Source of the DNA: Basidiobolus meristosporus CBS 931.73
Taxonomy: Eukaryota > Fungi > Basidiobolomycota
Direction of reading: 5' to 3'
Assembly: GCA_002104905.1 (NCBI GenBank)
Contig: MCFE01000456.1
Span: 1-64,000 of the forward strand
Length of the DNA stretch: 64,000 nucleotides
Part shown: in pieces, positions 49,592 to 60,400 of the stretch
Layout of the letters: each line of letters opens with the position of its first letter
Position numbering within the stretch: position 1 is the stretch's first letter
Translations under genes and position numbers: made by a program
Notes under the pieces: model-generated
What the model was told of the DNA's origin: nothing
Seen by the model: only the letters and a program-made list of their open reading frames with translations
Database searches by the model: none

Positions 49592-52241
49592 TGTTGTAAA
49601 AATTTGTATTTCCACCTAAATATTCACCTAACTTAGTCACTTAGATCATCACCTTCAAATCCTAGAGAATACTGACCAAATTCCTTGTTGGGATTTACTT
49701 AAAATATTTTCACCAAAATGCCAGGTACCCAGAACATGAAAATTCTCAAAGTTGTCCAAACAGCCCCAAACTTTGCACACATGTTCTTGGGACCTTCCTT
49801 AACCTATTCTACGTGCTTGTAATGCCAGGACCATGCAAAAGTATAAATACTACGTTTACATTCAGTAAATCATTAAGTGAAAACCACAAAATCTACTTGT
49901 TCTCCCAATCACTTCCAATATCTCCAAGACTCTCACAACAGGTTATGAGCTACTGCAATGAGAGTAAGGCATACAGACTCTACAATACCAAAGCAAAGAA
50001 GCTGATCAAGTCCAGGGATGTGTTGTTTGATGAAAATTCAAAATTTTCACAAAAAATGACATCAGATGATGACAAAAACTTGATCTCAAGTCCACCAATT
50101 GTCAGGATTGAATCAGAGCAAAACAATGAAAGTTTTTTCACTCCAGAGGACTCTACAGCTGTGGTTCAGCCGGAATCAGTGCCCAGGAATATCCCAGAAG
50201 TGATCATTCCAGTATCAAATGCCCGGAGATCAAATCAGACAAGAAATAGCCCAAATTACTATATTAATGAGGGTACAAACTTAGCCTATGCCTATTCAGT
50301 CCATATTGATGAACCCCAGACTGTAAAAGAGGCCCTAAATAGCCCTCAGACAAAGTTTTGGAGATCTGCAATGACTGAGGAATATCAGGCACTGATGGAA
50401 AATCAAACTTGGGACTTAGTCAAATTACCAATCCACCAAAAATCAATTGGATGCAGATGGGTCTTCAAGACAAAATACAAGGCTGATGGTACAATTGAAA
50501 GATACAAAGCAAGACTTGTAGCCAAAGGATACTCTCAAACAAAAGGACTTGACTATACTGAGACCTTTGCACCGGTAGCCAAGTTCAATTCCATCAGATT
50601 AATATTGGCTATTGCAGCCAAATATAAGTTTTTTATTCATCAAATGGATGTAAAAGCTGCATTTTTGAATGGAGAACTTGATGAGGACGTGTATATGGAC
50701 CAGCCTGATGGGTTTGTTGACCAAGATAACCCCCATTTGGTCTGCAAGCTTAAAAAGTCACTATATGGTCTCAAACAATCACCAACAGCCTGGAATTGCA
50801 AGATAGATTCTTATTTGGAATCTTTGAGTTTCAAAAGGAGTAATGCTGACTATAGTATATACTATAAGCCAGATAGAGCAAATCCAGTTCTATTAGCTCT
50901 ATATGTGGATGATCTTATTATAGCCGCCAATAACCTAGAAACATTGGAAGAAACTAAATCCAGCCTATCTAAGGAGTTCAAGATGTCTGATTTAGGAGAA
51001 CTTAGTTACTACTTAGGGATTAAGTTCTTCATAGACAGAAGTACCCAGACTATTACCCTAAGCCAATCCAAGTATATTCAAGATATACTAAAGAGGTACA
51101 AAATGGAAGACTGTAAGCCAGCAGCCACCCCAATGGAGACAAACCTTAACTTGGTCAAAACTCAACCAAATCAAGAGAGCTTGGTGCCATCTGAAAGCCC
51201 TGACTTTCCTTATCAATCTATGGTCAGCAGTCTGATGTATATCATGCTTGGAACACGTCCAGATATCTCATATTCAGTGGGAGTTGTCAGCCAACATAAT
51301 CAGAATTATGGATCTGATCATATTGCAGCAGTTAAGCGGATTTTTATATACCTAAAAGGAACTGCTGATATCTGCTTAAGATACACTTATAAGGATTCAG
51401 AACAAGATCTTATGGGATACTCTGATGCTGATTGGGGACAAAATTTAGAAGACAGAAGATCCACCACAGGATACACCTTTCGTTACTGTAAAAGAGCCAT
51501 TTCATGGAATTCAAGAAAGCAACCAACCGTAGCACTTTCTACTACAGAGGCAGAGTATATGGCAGCCTGTGAAGCTACAAAAGAAGCAATGTGGTTAAGA
51601 AAGCTGTTTACAGATTTAGGCCTATGTCAAAAAACACCTATTACTTTATTTCAAGATAATCAAGGATGTATACAATTAGGTAGAAATCCAACTTTTCATG
51701 CTAGAACCAAGCACATAGATATTAGACATCATTTCATACAAGAAGCTATAGAGAATAACCTAGTTAGCTTAGTTTACTGTCCTATAGATGAAATGATTGC
51801 AGACATATTTACCAAACCATTAGCTAGAGACAAGTTTGAATATCTTAGGTCAAAATTAGGACTAGTCAGTATGAACATTTAGCTGAGTGGGAGTGTTGTA
51901 AAAATTTGTATTTCCACCTAAATATTCACCTAACTTAGTCACTTAGATCATCACCTTCAAATCCTAGAGAATACTGACCAAATTCCTTGTCGGGATTTAC
52001 TTAGAATATTTTCACCAAAATACCAGGTACCCAGAACATGAAAATTCTCAAAGTTGTCCAAACAGCCCCAAACTCTGCACACATGTTCTTGGGACCTTCC
52101 TTAACCTATTCTACATGTTTGTAATGCCAAGACCAGGTAAAAGTATAAATACTACTTTTACATTCAATAAACATTAAGTGAAAACCACATAATCTACTTG
52201 TTCTCCCAATCACTTCCAATATCTCCAAGACTCTTACAACA
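49592..52241 (+). mobile_element. Internally deleted copia element E (2650 bp): LTR-PBS-(IN tail)-RT-RNase H-PPT-LTR
   Basis: LTRs 49592-49940 and 51894-52241; TSD GTTTT (49587-91 and 52242-46); PBS GGTTATGAGC 49941-50; PPT 51881-93. It equals element A minus 44732-46764. Confidence 0.97.
49945..51882 (+). CDS. Open reverse transcriptase-RNase H reading frame (645 aa) starting at the ATG inside the PBS
   Basis: MSYCNESKAYRL...; QMDVKAAFL, LYGLKQ, YVDD, YSDADW, TEAEY, DNQG, ADIFTK. No stop or frameshift. Expression is unproven. Confidence 0.7.
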   Translation: MSYCNESKAYRLYNTKAKKLIKSRDVLFDENSKFSQKMTSDDDKNLISSPPIVRIESEQNNESFFTPEDSTAVVQPESVPRNIPEVIIPVSNARRSNQTRNSPNYYINEGTNLAYAYSVHIDEPQTVKEALNSPQTKFWRSAMTEEYQALMENQTWDLVKLPIHQKSIGCRWVFKTKYKADGTIERYKARLVAKGYSQTKGLDYTETFAPVAKFNSIRLILAIAAKYKFFIHQMDVKAAFLNGELDEDVYMDQPDGFVDQDNPHLVCKLKKSLYGLKQSPTAWNCKIDSYLESLSFKRSNADYSIYYKPDRANPVLLALYVDDLIIAANNLETLEETKSSLSKEFKMSDLGELSYYLGIKFFIDRSTQTITLSQSKYIQDILKRYKMEDCKPAATPMETNLNLVKTQPNQESLVPSESPDFPYQSMVSSLMYIMLGTRPDISYSVGVVSQHNQNYGSDHIAAVKRIFIYLKGTADICLRYTYKDSEQDLMGYSDADWGQNLEDRRSTTGYTFRYCKRAISWNSRKQPTVALSTTEAEYMAACEATKEAMWLRKLFTDLGLCQKTPITLFQDNQGCIQLGRNPTFHARTKHIDIRHHFIQEAIENNLVSLVYCPIDEMIADIFTKPLARDKFEYLRSKLGLVSMNI

Positions 52242-53616
52242 GTTTTGAGCTCTCAGCCATAGTTGTGCCAGGCTTCTGTAAAAGCAGCCAGTTTTTATCA
52301 CTGCCAGGTCCTTCACTGCTGCTTTGACTGGTTGCTTCTTGAGTAGTACTACACACTTTCCTTGATAAATATTGTGCTGGTGCATCTGTGTCTGCCTGCT
52401 TGTCCCTTGTTGGCACACTTCCAGCTACCTGACATATCTTTGATGCTTGTCTAGAGCCTTTGGCCCTGCTTGTAACAGGCTCTTGAGGAAGCTGCTGGTT
52501 TTTAGCCATAGCACCCTTGTTCTTCTGCCTTTGATAGTTTCTGCTGTTCTTAAGATACTTTCTTGGCATAACAATACTGGCCCAAAGTCTGTTTGCCCAT
52601 TTAAATCCAGAATATTGCTCATGGAACAAGTCAAATACATTCTGCTTGGCCTTGAGCTACTGACAGTCCCATCGTATGCTGGCCTTAAGGTGATGGTGTG
52701 ATAGACTTCTGATGGCCTCTTCTATATTAGTCCACTCTTCATCATTGCACTCAACAGCTAGACATATCTTCAATGTCTTTTAATTTTTAGGCTTTGGTAT
52801 AAACACCACATTTTTCTCCCTCCCAAGCTGTGATAGGCTTTTCTGTGGGCTTTATCTTTGGGTACTGTTGTTGTGCTTCAGAGAATGAATGGTGTTCCCC
52901 CACTTTTACATCAGGAAATGGCTCAATTCTTGGCTGTGACATTGAGCTACTTGAGTTCCTTCTTTGCAGCAAAGATACTGCTTTCTCTACCTGGGATATT
53001 GATTGCTCTACACCTTTTATCTGCTCATTCTGTTTCTGAGCTATTTCCCAATTTTTCTGGGCCAATGCATCAATCCTGTTGGCCACTGCACCTAATTGCC
53101 TCATTAATGCTTTGGTATGAGCTGACAACATACTTGCTAATATAGGTGGTGGTGATGTTATGACAGCCACTTGCTGGTCTTCAACTAAAGGTACTGCATT
53201 TGCTACTTTCTCATCTGCCTCAGCATTATGACCAGCTTGAGGCTCTGCAGAGATTCCAAATTGCCTGCTTGACTGAGAGCCTGAGGAGTCCATATTACTC
53301 TCCTCAGTGGGTACACTTTCCACAGGGCTTTTTTTGGTTGAAGCCCTGCTTGTTGCACTGAATGTCAAAGCAAGCTGTTGTCCAACCATTCTTCTGCTGC
53401 TGTCAGCAATGGGGTTTAGTAGGGAACCAGGCCACTTTGCTCTATTTTTTGGCTGCATACATATGGAAGTGAGTTAAACCAAACAGGAAATAGTGTTACA
53501 TATAAGTGTGTTTGTGGTAAACAACTTTATTTATAATGCTTACTCTGGCAGGTCATCATTAAATCTTATATTCAAGTAGGTGCAATGTCTCAATTATAAG
53601 ACTATCATTAGTTCAT

Positions 53617-55120
53617 ATGGGTATTGACAAAGAAATAATACACTGGTCTTACATTGTTGAGTGCCAAGTTGTTTATCCCATGGACAAGACTACTTTGATT
53701 CAACATTGGAAGAGAAGAGAAAAAAGACCATGTGGCTATTGTAGCAAGCCTCTCAGCCATGAAGCATGCAGACAGCAAAGGAAGTATTACAAGGATCATG
53801 GCCAGTGTTTTGCCACCCAATTCATTCTTGACTACTCACTAGTCATTACTATACCAACAATATCTTGCCATCCACTTGATACTTCTACAATAGCACCTGG
53901 CCATACTTGTCACCTTATGCAAGCTGAGTCAGATGAGGTAGTGACACCATTAGGCTCACCTCAGCCTTCTGAATATGGCATGCAGAGATATAGCTCTGAA
54001 GAAGCAGGCTCACTGATGAATTGTGAGCCTATCTCTCCTAACAACAGTTCCATGCATGAGCCCGGAAAAATCCCATTTTGCAATGAGACAACACCTGTGA
54101 AAAAAAATGCCATGGATAATTTATGGAGTCAAGTGAGCCCAGTAATTCATCTACTGATTAATGATGTGATGTTGTTGCCAGAGAAGTGGGGTACTTCCAC
54201 TAATATCAGTAATGGAGGTTATGAGGATTTACTACAACATCTTGCCAAAATCATCCCAGGTTGCAACTTATTATGTACATGGTACAAGTAGACAGTCATC
54301 ATGCAGCTGGCAACATATGACCCTGACACAGTCCTGATAGCAGCTTGTGCTAACAGTTGCATGGCATACACATCGGAAAATTCCACAATTGCAAGGTGTC
54401 CAACTTATCAGGAATCCACCACCATTGGGGGAAAGCATTGTGCACACTTTAGATATTTTCTGATAATACTCCATCTAAAGAAGCTCATGGAGCCCTACAA
54501 ATATTGTGAATCTACAAAGTACCACACACAGTATCAATCAAGTGCAAACATTATAAACAGCAAAGAAGCAAAGGCTACTTTGAAGGTATGTATGACCAAG
54601 CCTTTGCCTTGGCACTTGATGGATTCTTATTAAACAAGTACTCTACCATCAAATCCTGCTGGCCAGTGATTCTCATCAACCTGAATTTGCCACCTATCTT
54701 ATTGTATCAGAGCAGAAATCTGATTGCAGTTTCACTGGTATTTGGGCCTTAATCACTATTGAAACTGGATAGCTACTTGTAGCCATTGCTGGATAAACTT
54801 TGTATGCCTTCCAGCAGGATGACAGTAAGTGGCCATCATGTAAAGCTCATATTATTATCTGCATTGGAGATACCCAGCCATCAGCAAGATAGCTAAATTT
54901 TCCGGGCACAATGAACAGTACTGCTGTCAAATATGTAAGTTCCAGGGGACTAACTCCATACCTCACACACTGTATTATTACCCAAACACCAACACTAAGA
55001 ACATCATCTTCCTGCAGAGTGAATGTCCAGAAGTCAGCATGCAATTGCAGCAAAGTTGACAAATTATTAGCCATTGGTGAGAATATGAAATCAATTGGGA
55101 GTAACAAAATCAGGAAGAAC
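53617..55120 (+). pseudogene. CACTA-type (Transposase_21) transposase relic
   Basis: Across frames: ACANSCMAYT...CPTY...FRYF; FALALDGF...SCWPVILINLNLPP; LDSYL; IGDT/PAISKIAKFSGHNEQYCCQIC. Contains stops and frameshifts and is truncated after this motif. Confidence 0.8.
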
Positions 55121-55143
55121 TGACCAAGCCACCTGAAAACATC

Positions 55144-56252
55144 ATGCTTAAAAGAAACACCTTGATACTTGAGAGCTTAAAGCTTGCCAAGACAAGATCT
55201 GACAATCATTGTAGAGATGAACTCCTTGAAGTTATATCTGATTACCAAGATGAAATTGGAATTATCAAAGAAGCTCAGGATAATATTACCATAGTAATTA
55301 ACAGCATTGAGAATCCACCAAGCCTTGCTCTGCATCAGCCACCATGAAGTCATGCCTTGGGATGCTCCAGATCTACATCTCTATCTAGACCTGTGCTGGT
55401 GGTTGTACCAACATCCTTGCCTCTTTATACTGAAAAAGCCAATGTCATAAAGAATCCTATGGAGTTTCTCTACAAGTTTAGCCATCTCTTAGCTGCACAC
55501 CAACTAGAACACAACACCAATTGGGCAAGACTTCTGCCTCTCTGTCTCACCATGCAAGATGCTGACTGGGCTGAGGTGAACATTCCTTCCAATAGCACAT
55601 GGAAGATTGCCCAACACCTCTTTTGCAGCCATTTCAAAGATCTTCTTAAGAAAGCATATCTGAGCTACAACTTATGGAAAACTAAAATGCAAAAAGGTGA
55701 CTCTGTGACACACTTCTGTGACTGATTCCATAGACATATGAGGTTTGCTGGAGTTGGTGATGATAATCTGTTGCTTACAGCTCATTTTCATTGAACTTTT
55801 CACACCAACTACAGAGCAATATTGCTATAGTCAAAGCTTGCAAACCTGCATGTACTTATGACAGGATCTCAGAGATATGTAGACTTGCATTCACCATAAC
55901 TGCAGCTGCTTGCCAGACTTCTGGTATCCCCACTCAAGATCAAGTAACAGCAAGAAAAGAAACCAGTCATGTGACCAAGAAGAAGTCAACCTCTACCAAG
56001 CACTCTGAGCTTCACAGAAGATGCTATCATTCTACTGGTGAATGCAAAGGCATGACCCAGCAGTCATATATATCAGGAAACCTCTCTGAGAAGCAGCATA
56101 ACATCAAAACTGCTAACTTGTCCACCAATGATAAAAGCTTTAAATGTGGAAGGATGGGACATAGATCACCTACCTGTTCCAAGAACTCTACACCATTGGC
56201 AAAAGTTACTCAGATCCTAGAAGATCCTTCAACCAATGTTATGACAGTATGA
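55144..56252 (+). pseudogene. gag-like relic with C-terminal zinc knuckle
   Basis: LPLCLTMQDADW...STWK...HF...KMQKGDSVTHFCD (retrotransposon gag-like) and FKCGRMGHRSPTC (CX2CX4HX4C with the first C lost). Stops and frameshifts. Confidence 0.65.
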
Positions 56253-56650
56253 GGAAGTACATAAAGTACTTACATTTAAAGTTTATCACAACTACTTTGA
56301 ATTTCCATCTAAAATTGCATCTCTTCAAGAAAAGAAGTAACCAATAACAAAGCTAAGTGCCTTGGGAGAAAACCAATCAAAAGTACCTTATGTATTGTTG
56401 CAATGAAAGATTTTGATTGTTTCTTGCAAAATCTGGGATGCAATTATTTTTTGATAGTCTTTACACAGTATCCTGATGGCACTAATACCTCTTAGTCACA
56501 GGACTTTAAGTTTGTGATGGCCAATTGATATGATCATCCCAATAACTTTTCATAGGGCACTACATTTTTTTTAAAGAGATCATTAAGTGAAAACCACATT
56601 ATCTACTTGTGCACACAAACACTTCAGCTATCACTAAGTCTCTTACAACA

Positions 56651-57100
56651 TCACAACATGGATTGCATTCCTTACAATTCTCCTGCAGGGGTGGTGATGT
56701 ATTGAAGATCATATGCTGGTCTTCTACCAGTAATTTTATGCTGGCTACATTTTAATCAGCCTGAGTGTAATGACCAGCTTACCACTAGGCAGAGATTCTC
56801 AGTTACATACTTGACTGAGAGCCTGATGAGTCTGTTCTACAGCTTTAGGTTGTCTTACTGTCAAAATAGACTTTTTTTGGATGTAGCCCTGTTGTTGCAC
56901 TGCATATCAGAGCAAACTGTTGTCCAGCTGTTTCTCGGCTGCTATCAGTAATGAGGTCTGGTTGGGAATCTGACAACTTTGTTCTGTTCTGTGGCAGCAT
57001 ACATATGTAAGTGGGTCAAGCCAGATGGCAGAAAATAAATCATATGCCTGCACATGTGGTACCTCAGCGTTATTGATAATGCTTACTATCATGCATCAGC
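56651..57100 (-). mobile_element. Second, more decayed copy of the N-terminal region of the gag-like relic at 53140-53545
   Basis: Translation AGQQFALICSAT...TDSSGSQSS...LVEDQHMIFNTSPP matches VGQQLALTFSAT...MDSSGSQSS...LVEDQQVAVITSPP. Upstream DNA also matches (gcatacatatg, tgtggta, ataatgcttact). Confidence 0.7.
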
Positions 57101-57439
57101 CTTGATCTTTTTCCATCTTACAAGTAAAAGTACCAAAGAAGACCTGGTTTCTATGACTACTGTATGAAGTCAGGATATTGGGCAAGAGAAAATAGGGGTA
57201 AACTGGAGCAGGCAATCCATATGGCTACAGATGAACAGTTAATTGTAACTGTACATGAGAGTACAAGTAACTGTGGTAACAAATGATATATTGTCTGCCA
57301 AGTATCACAGCATATTTGTGGTATAAAGGTATGGTTCAGCAGCTAACTATTATTCCTGTAAAAATGGCTTATCTGGGAGACAACTCTGCACTGGAAGCTA
57401 CAAATGTGGTGGTGAGGAAGTCCAAGGGAGAGAAGTGTC

Positions 57440-60400
57440 TGTTGCTATAAAGTAGTGATTTAGATATGAGGGACATATCAAGAATTAGTGATAATAGTTA
57501 AACTGTTGCTTACTTGTGAAGAAACACCATCTGGCACTCTGTGGCATGATCAGGCACCATCTGGCATGCTATGGCACTATTGGGCACTATGATCAGCTGG
57601 AATGATGGAACAAGTCTAATGTTTGGTGAGAGCGCTAATTTGACCTTAACTATGGTTAATAATCATTAGATCATAGATCTGGAAGAAAGTGGCAAACTCA
57701 GGGCTACAAATGAGTCCCACAGTAACTAAGACTAGTCCAGAATAGTCAAGTAAATTTTAGCTGCTTAATAGTTCTAAATAGTCCAATAATTCAGCACTCC
57801 TCCTCAACTAATGGATTTCTTAATCCTAATTTCTTCCTAAGATTTTCAAACTCTGGCCTAGCAAGTGGTTTCATATTAATTAAGTCATAAGATCTATGCA
57901 TATTAGTTGCTCCACAGTATTTCAGAACCATATTAATGAAACCTTGCAGATATCTGATGATTTGTTTAACTCTGTAATTTGATTAGCTGTGTAATGCTGC
58001 ATGAATTGACGGACCATTCCAGCTACCAACACATTATCTGGACATTTAGACACCACTAAGAACAGCAGGCCACCAACCATTGATTGATAGGGAAAAGTTT
58101 GGTCCATATTTGACCTTTTTGATCCAAAACTGATTGAGATTTGCTCAAATTTGGGTTATGGTCTTTGGAGTTGCTGCACGCTTACAATTTTTTATTTTGA
58201 AGTATCTACCAATGTCCCTGATGTACTTAGACTCAGCACACTTCTACATGTAGAAATGTCAAACTTGACTTAAATCTCAAAAGAATAGCTCATCATTTCA
58301 AGCTCCTTTATCTGAAACTTGCTGTAGAGATCTAATTTTGTGTGGTTAAGAGCCTCCTGGTCATATAATCTATTATTATCTCTTCCACATAAAGAACTGG
58401 GATGATCACACCCTTTTTTGGCCATTTTGCACTTATACTTTTATCTGCAGTGCTGCAAATGAACCTAATCTCCTCCACATATGTGACAATCCTGTTTTAC
58501 CATGCTTTACATGCCTATTTAGGTCCATGAAACAGTTATCTGAGTCTGCACTCCATACAGGGGTCATTTGGTTTGGTTAAACCTTTGGGTTGCTACATAC
58601 ATATAGATTCTTGCAGATCACCATTTTGAAAGGCTGTGTTCACATCCATTTAGTGCAGATCTAGACTTTGTACAGCTGCCTGGGCTAGAACTGTCCTAAT
58701 GGAGATAAACTTGGTAACTGCAGCAAATATTTTCTTAGATTCTGATCTCCAAATCTGGGAATAGCCTTTAGCAACAAATCTTGCCTTGTACTTATCAACA
58801 GTACCATTTGAGGCTATCTTGATCTTGTAGACCTTTATGCAACCTATTAGCTTTTTCCATTTGCTAAATCTACCAGTTCCCATGTGTTTGCCCTGGTAAG
58901 TGGCTGTCACTGCTCCTGACTGGCTTACTGCCACATGGTAGCATCTGAGCTTTGCATTACCAGTCCCAGATTCTAAGGTTTGGAATATAAGGAATAAAGT
59001 AATCTACTTTGTGAGCATTAGATGTCTACTAACAGTATCTGGGCGCAATTTTTAGTCTGGTAGATCTCCCAACTAGAACAATCTACTCTAGCCTGGAGCT
59101 GGTAGAGTTTCTTCTGTATCTGGCTGAGTTGTATACATGTATTCTTCATCAGTGTTGATGGCATCTTCAGGCAGCTGGCCAAGGATTGCAGTAGCTTTCT
59201 GATCTGAATTCTCCTTAAATGTGACATCCCTGCTTTTGATCAGCTTCTGAGCTTAACCATCATACACTCTGCATCTTTTAGTATCTCCACATTACACAAG
59301 AAAGATCCCTTTTCTAATCTTTGGCCTCAACTTTGAGCATTTTGTGTCAGGGATATGATAAAATACATCATTGCAAAATATCCTGAGGTGTTGGAGCTCT
59401 GGTTTTCTGCCTTCATATGCCTCAGAGTGTGGAGAATCATGTAGCGCTGATGAATGGCATCTTTTCTTGATGCATACTGAGGTAGCAATAGGTTCAGCCC
59501 AAAACTTGTAGTTCATTCCCACACCATGTAGTATAGATCTTCCCATCTCTACTATTGTTCTAATTGCACTTCCTGCTACTCCAGTTTGCTATGGAGCTTG
59601 TGCAACGGTGGTTTGTTGACATATACCAGTGGTTGAGCAGTACTCTGCAAACTCCTCAAGAGTGGTATTCTCCTCCATTGTCACTTCAAGTTACCTTTAA
59701 TTTCCACCCAGTTTGTGTTATTGCCATGCTCTTGACGTGCTTGAATGTCCCTAGTGACTCATCATTTGCCTTGAGGAAGTACACCCATATATTTCTTGTC
59801 TTGTCATTAATAATAATCATAAAATGCCCCTTGGCTCCAAAGCATAGTGTTGTCATGAGCCCACATATGTCTGAGTGCACACTAGCCAGTATATCTGTAG
59901 TATCAGTGCCTCCAGAGCTCCTGAAACATTGCCTAGCTTGTTTGCTATGTGAATATCCCTCCCAGAAACACAATCTGATTGCAATTGTGTAATATAGGCC
60001 CAAAACAAGCAGGTTTTTGACCAACTGGCTAATTTTCTGTCCCCAATGTGTTCTAACCTCCTATGCCATGTCTGCCTGCTAGCTTCATCAGTTTCAGCTA
60101 TGCTGACATATTCAGGCACAATGATCTTGCATTGTACATTTATATATTGAGAACTCTGATTTCCAAAGCAAGTTTTGTCTGTTTTCACTCAATATTAAGC
60201 AGCTTAGCCTAGTAGAAGCAAATTCAAGTACTTGGGTAGTTGCTCACTGACTGAGAATTGGTTCTTAGCTTTTACAAGCACCTAGAGTAAATCAGTCAGT
60301 TTTGCTGCTATTGCCACTAAGATATCACTGATATTTAGCTGTATAAACCTACTAATGGTAGCTTCCAGTGCTGAGTTGCATCTCAGAGAAACCTTACATG

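Larger units (their letters stand above)
48620..53545 (-). mobile_element. Degraded Ty3/gypsy-like gag(-protease) relic interrupted by element E
   Basis: ORFs 52787-53458, 52234-52629 and 49127-49384 (coiled-coil, PKIKPTEKPITAWEGEK, VFDLFHEQY..FKWANRL). A direct repeat of about 180 bp lies on each side of E (about 49420-49591 and about 52280-52460). The family assignment is tentative. Confidence 0.5.
48406..56557. mobile_element. Putative CACTA/EnSpm-like DNA transposon derivative bounded by about 200-bp imperfect TIRs
   Basis: 48406-about 48600 is an inverted repeat of about 56360-56557. Both copies stop at the same motif, (T/C)CCTATGA...CATAGGG. A Transposase_21-like relic lies inside. No TSD match. 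Confidence 0.6.

Noticed and set aside
49813-49944. LTR-encoded N-terminal extension (MLVMPGP...SINTTFTF), also seen as ORFs 2376-2594, 42371-42568 and 46666-46902
   Set aside because: It spans the LTR TATA box (gtataaata), so it is probably upstream of the transcript start. It recurs through shared ancestry and is broken in LTR D.
49941-49960. Idea that element E arose from a spliced subgenomic RNA
   Set aside because: The deleted tract does not begin GT or end AG in any register. The junction shows microhomology instead.
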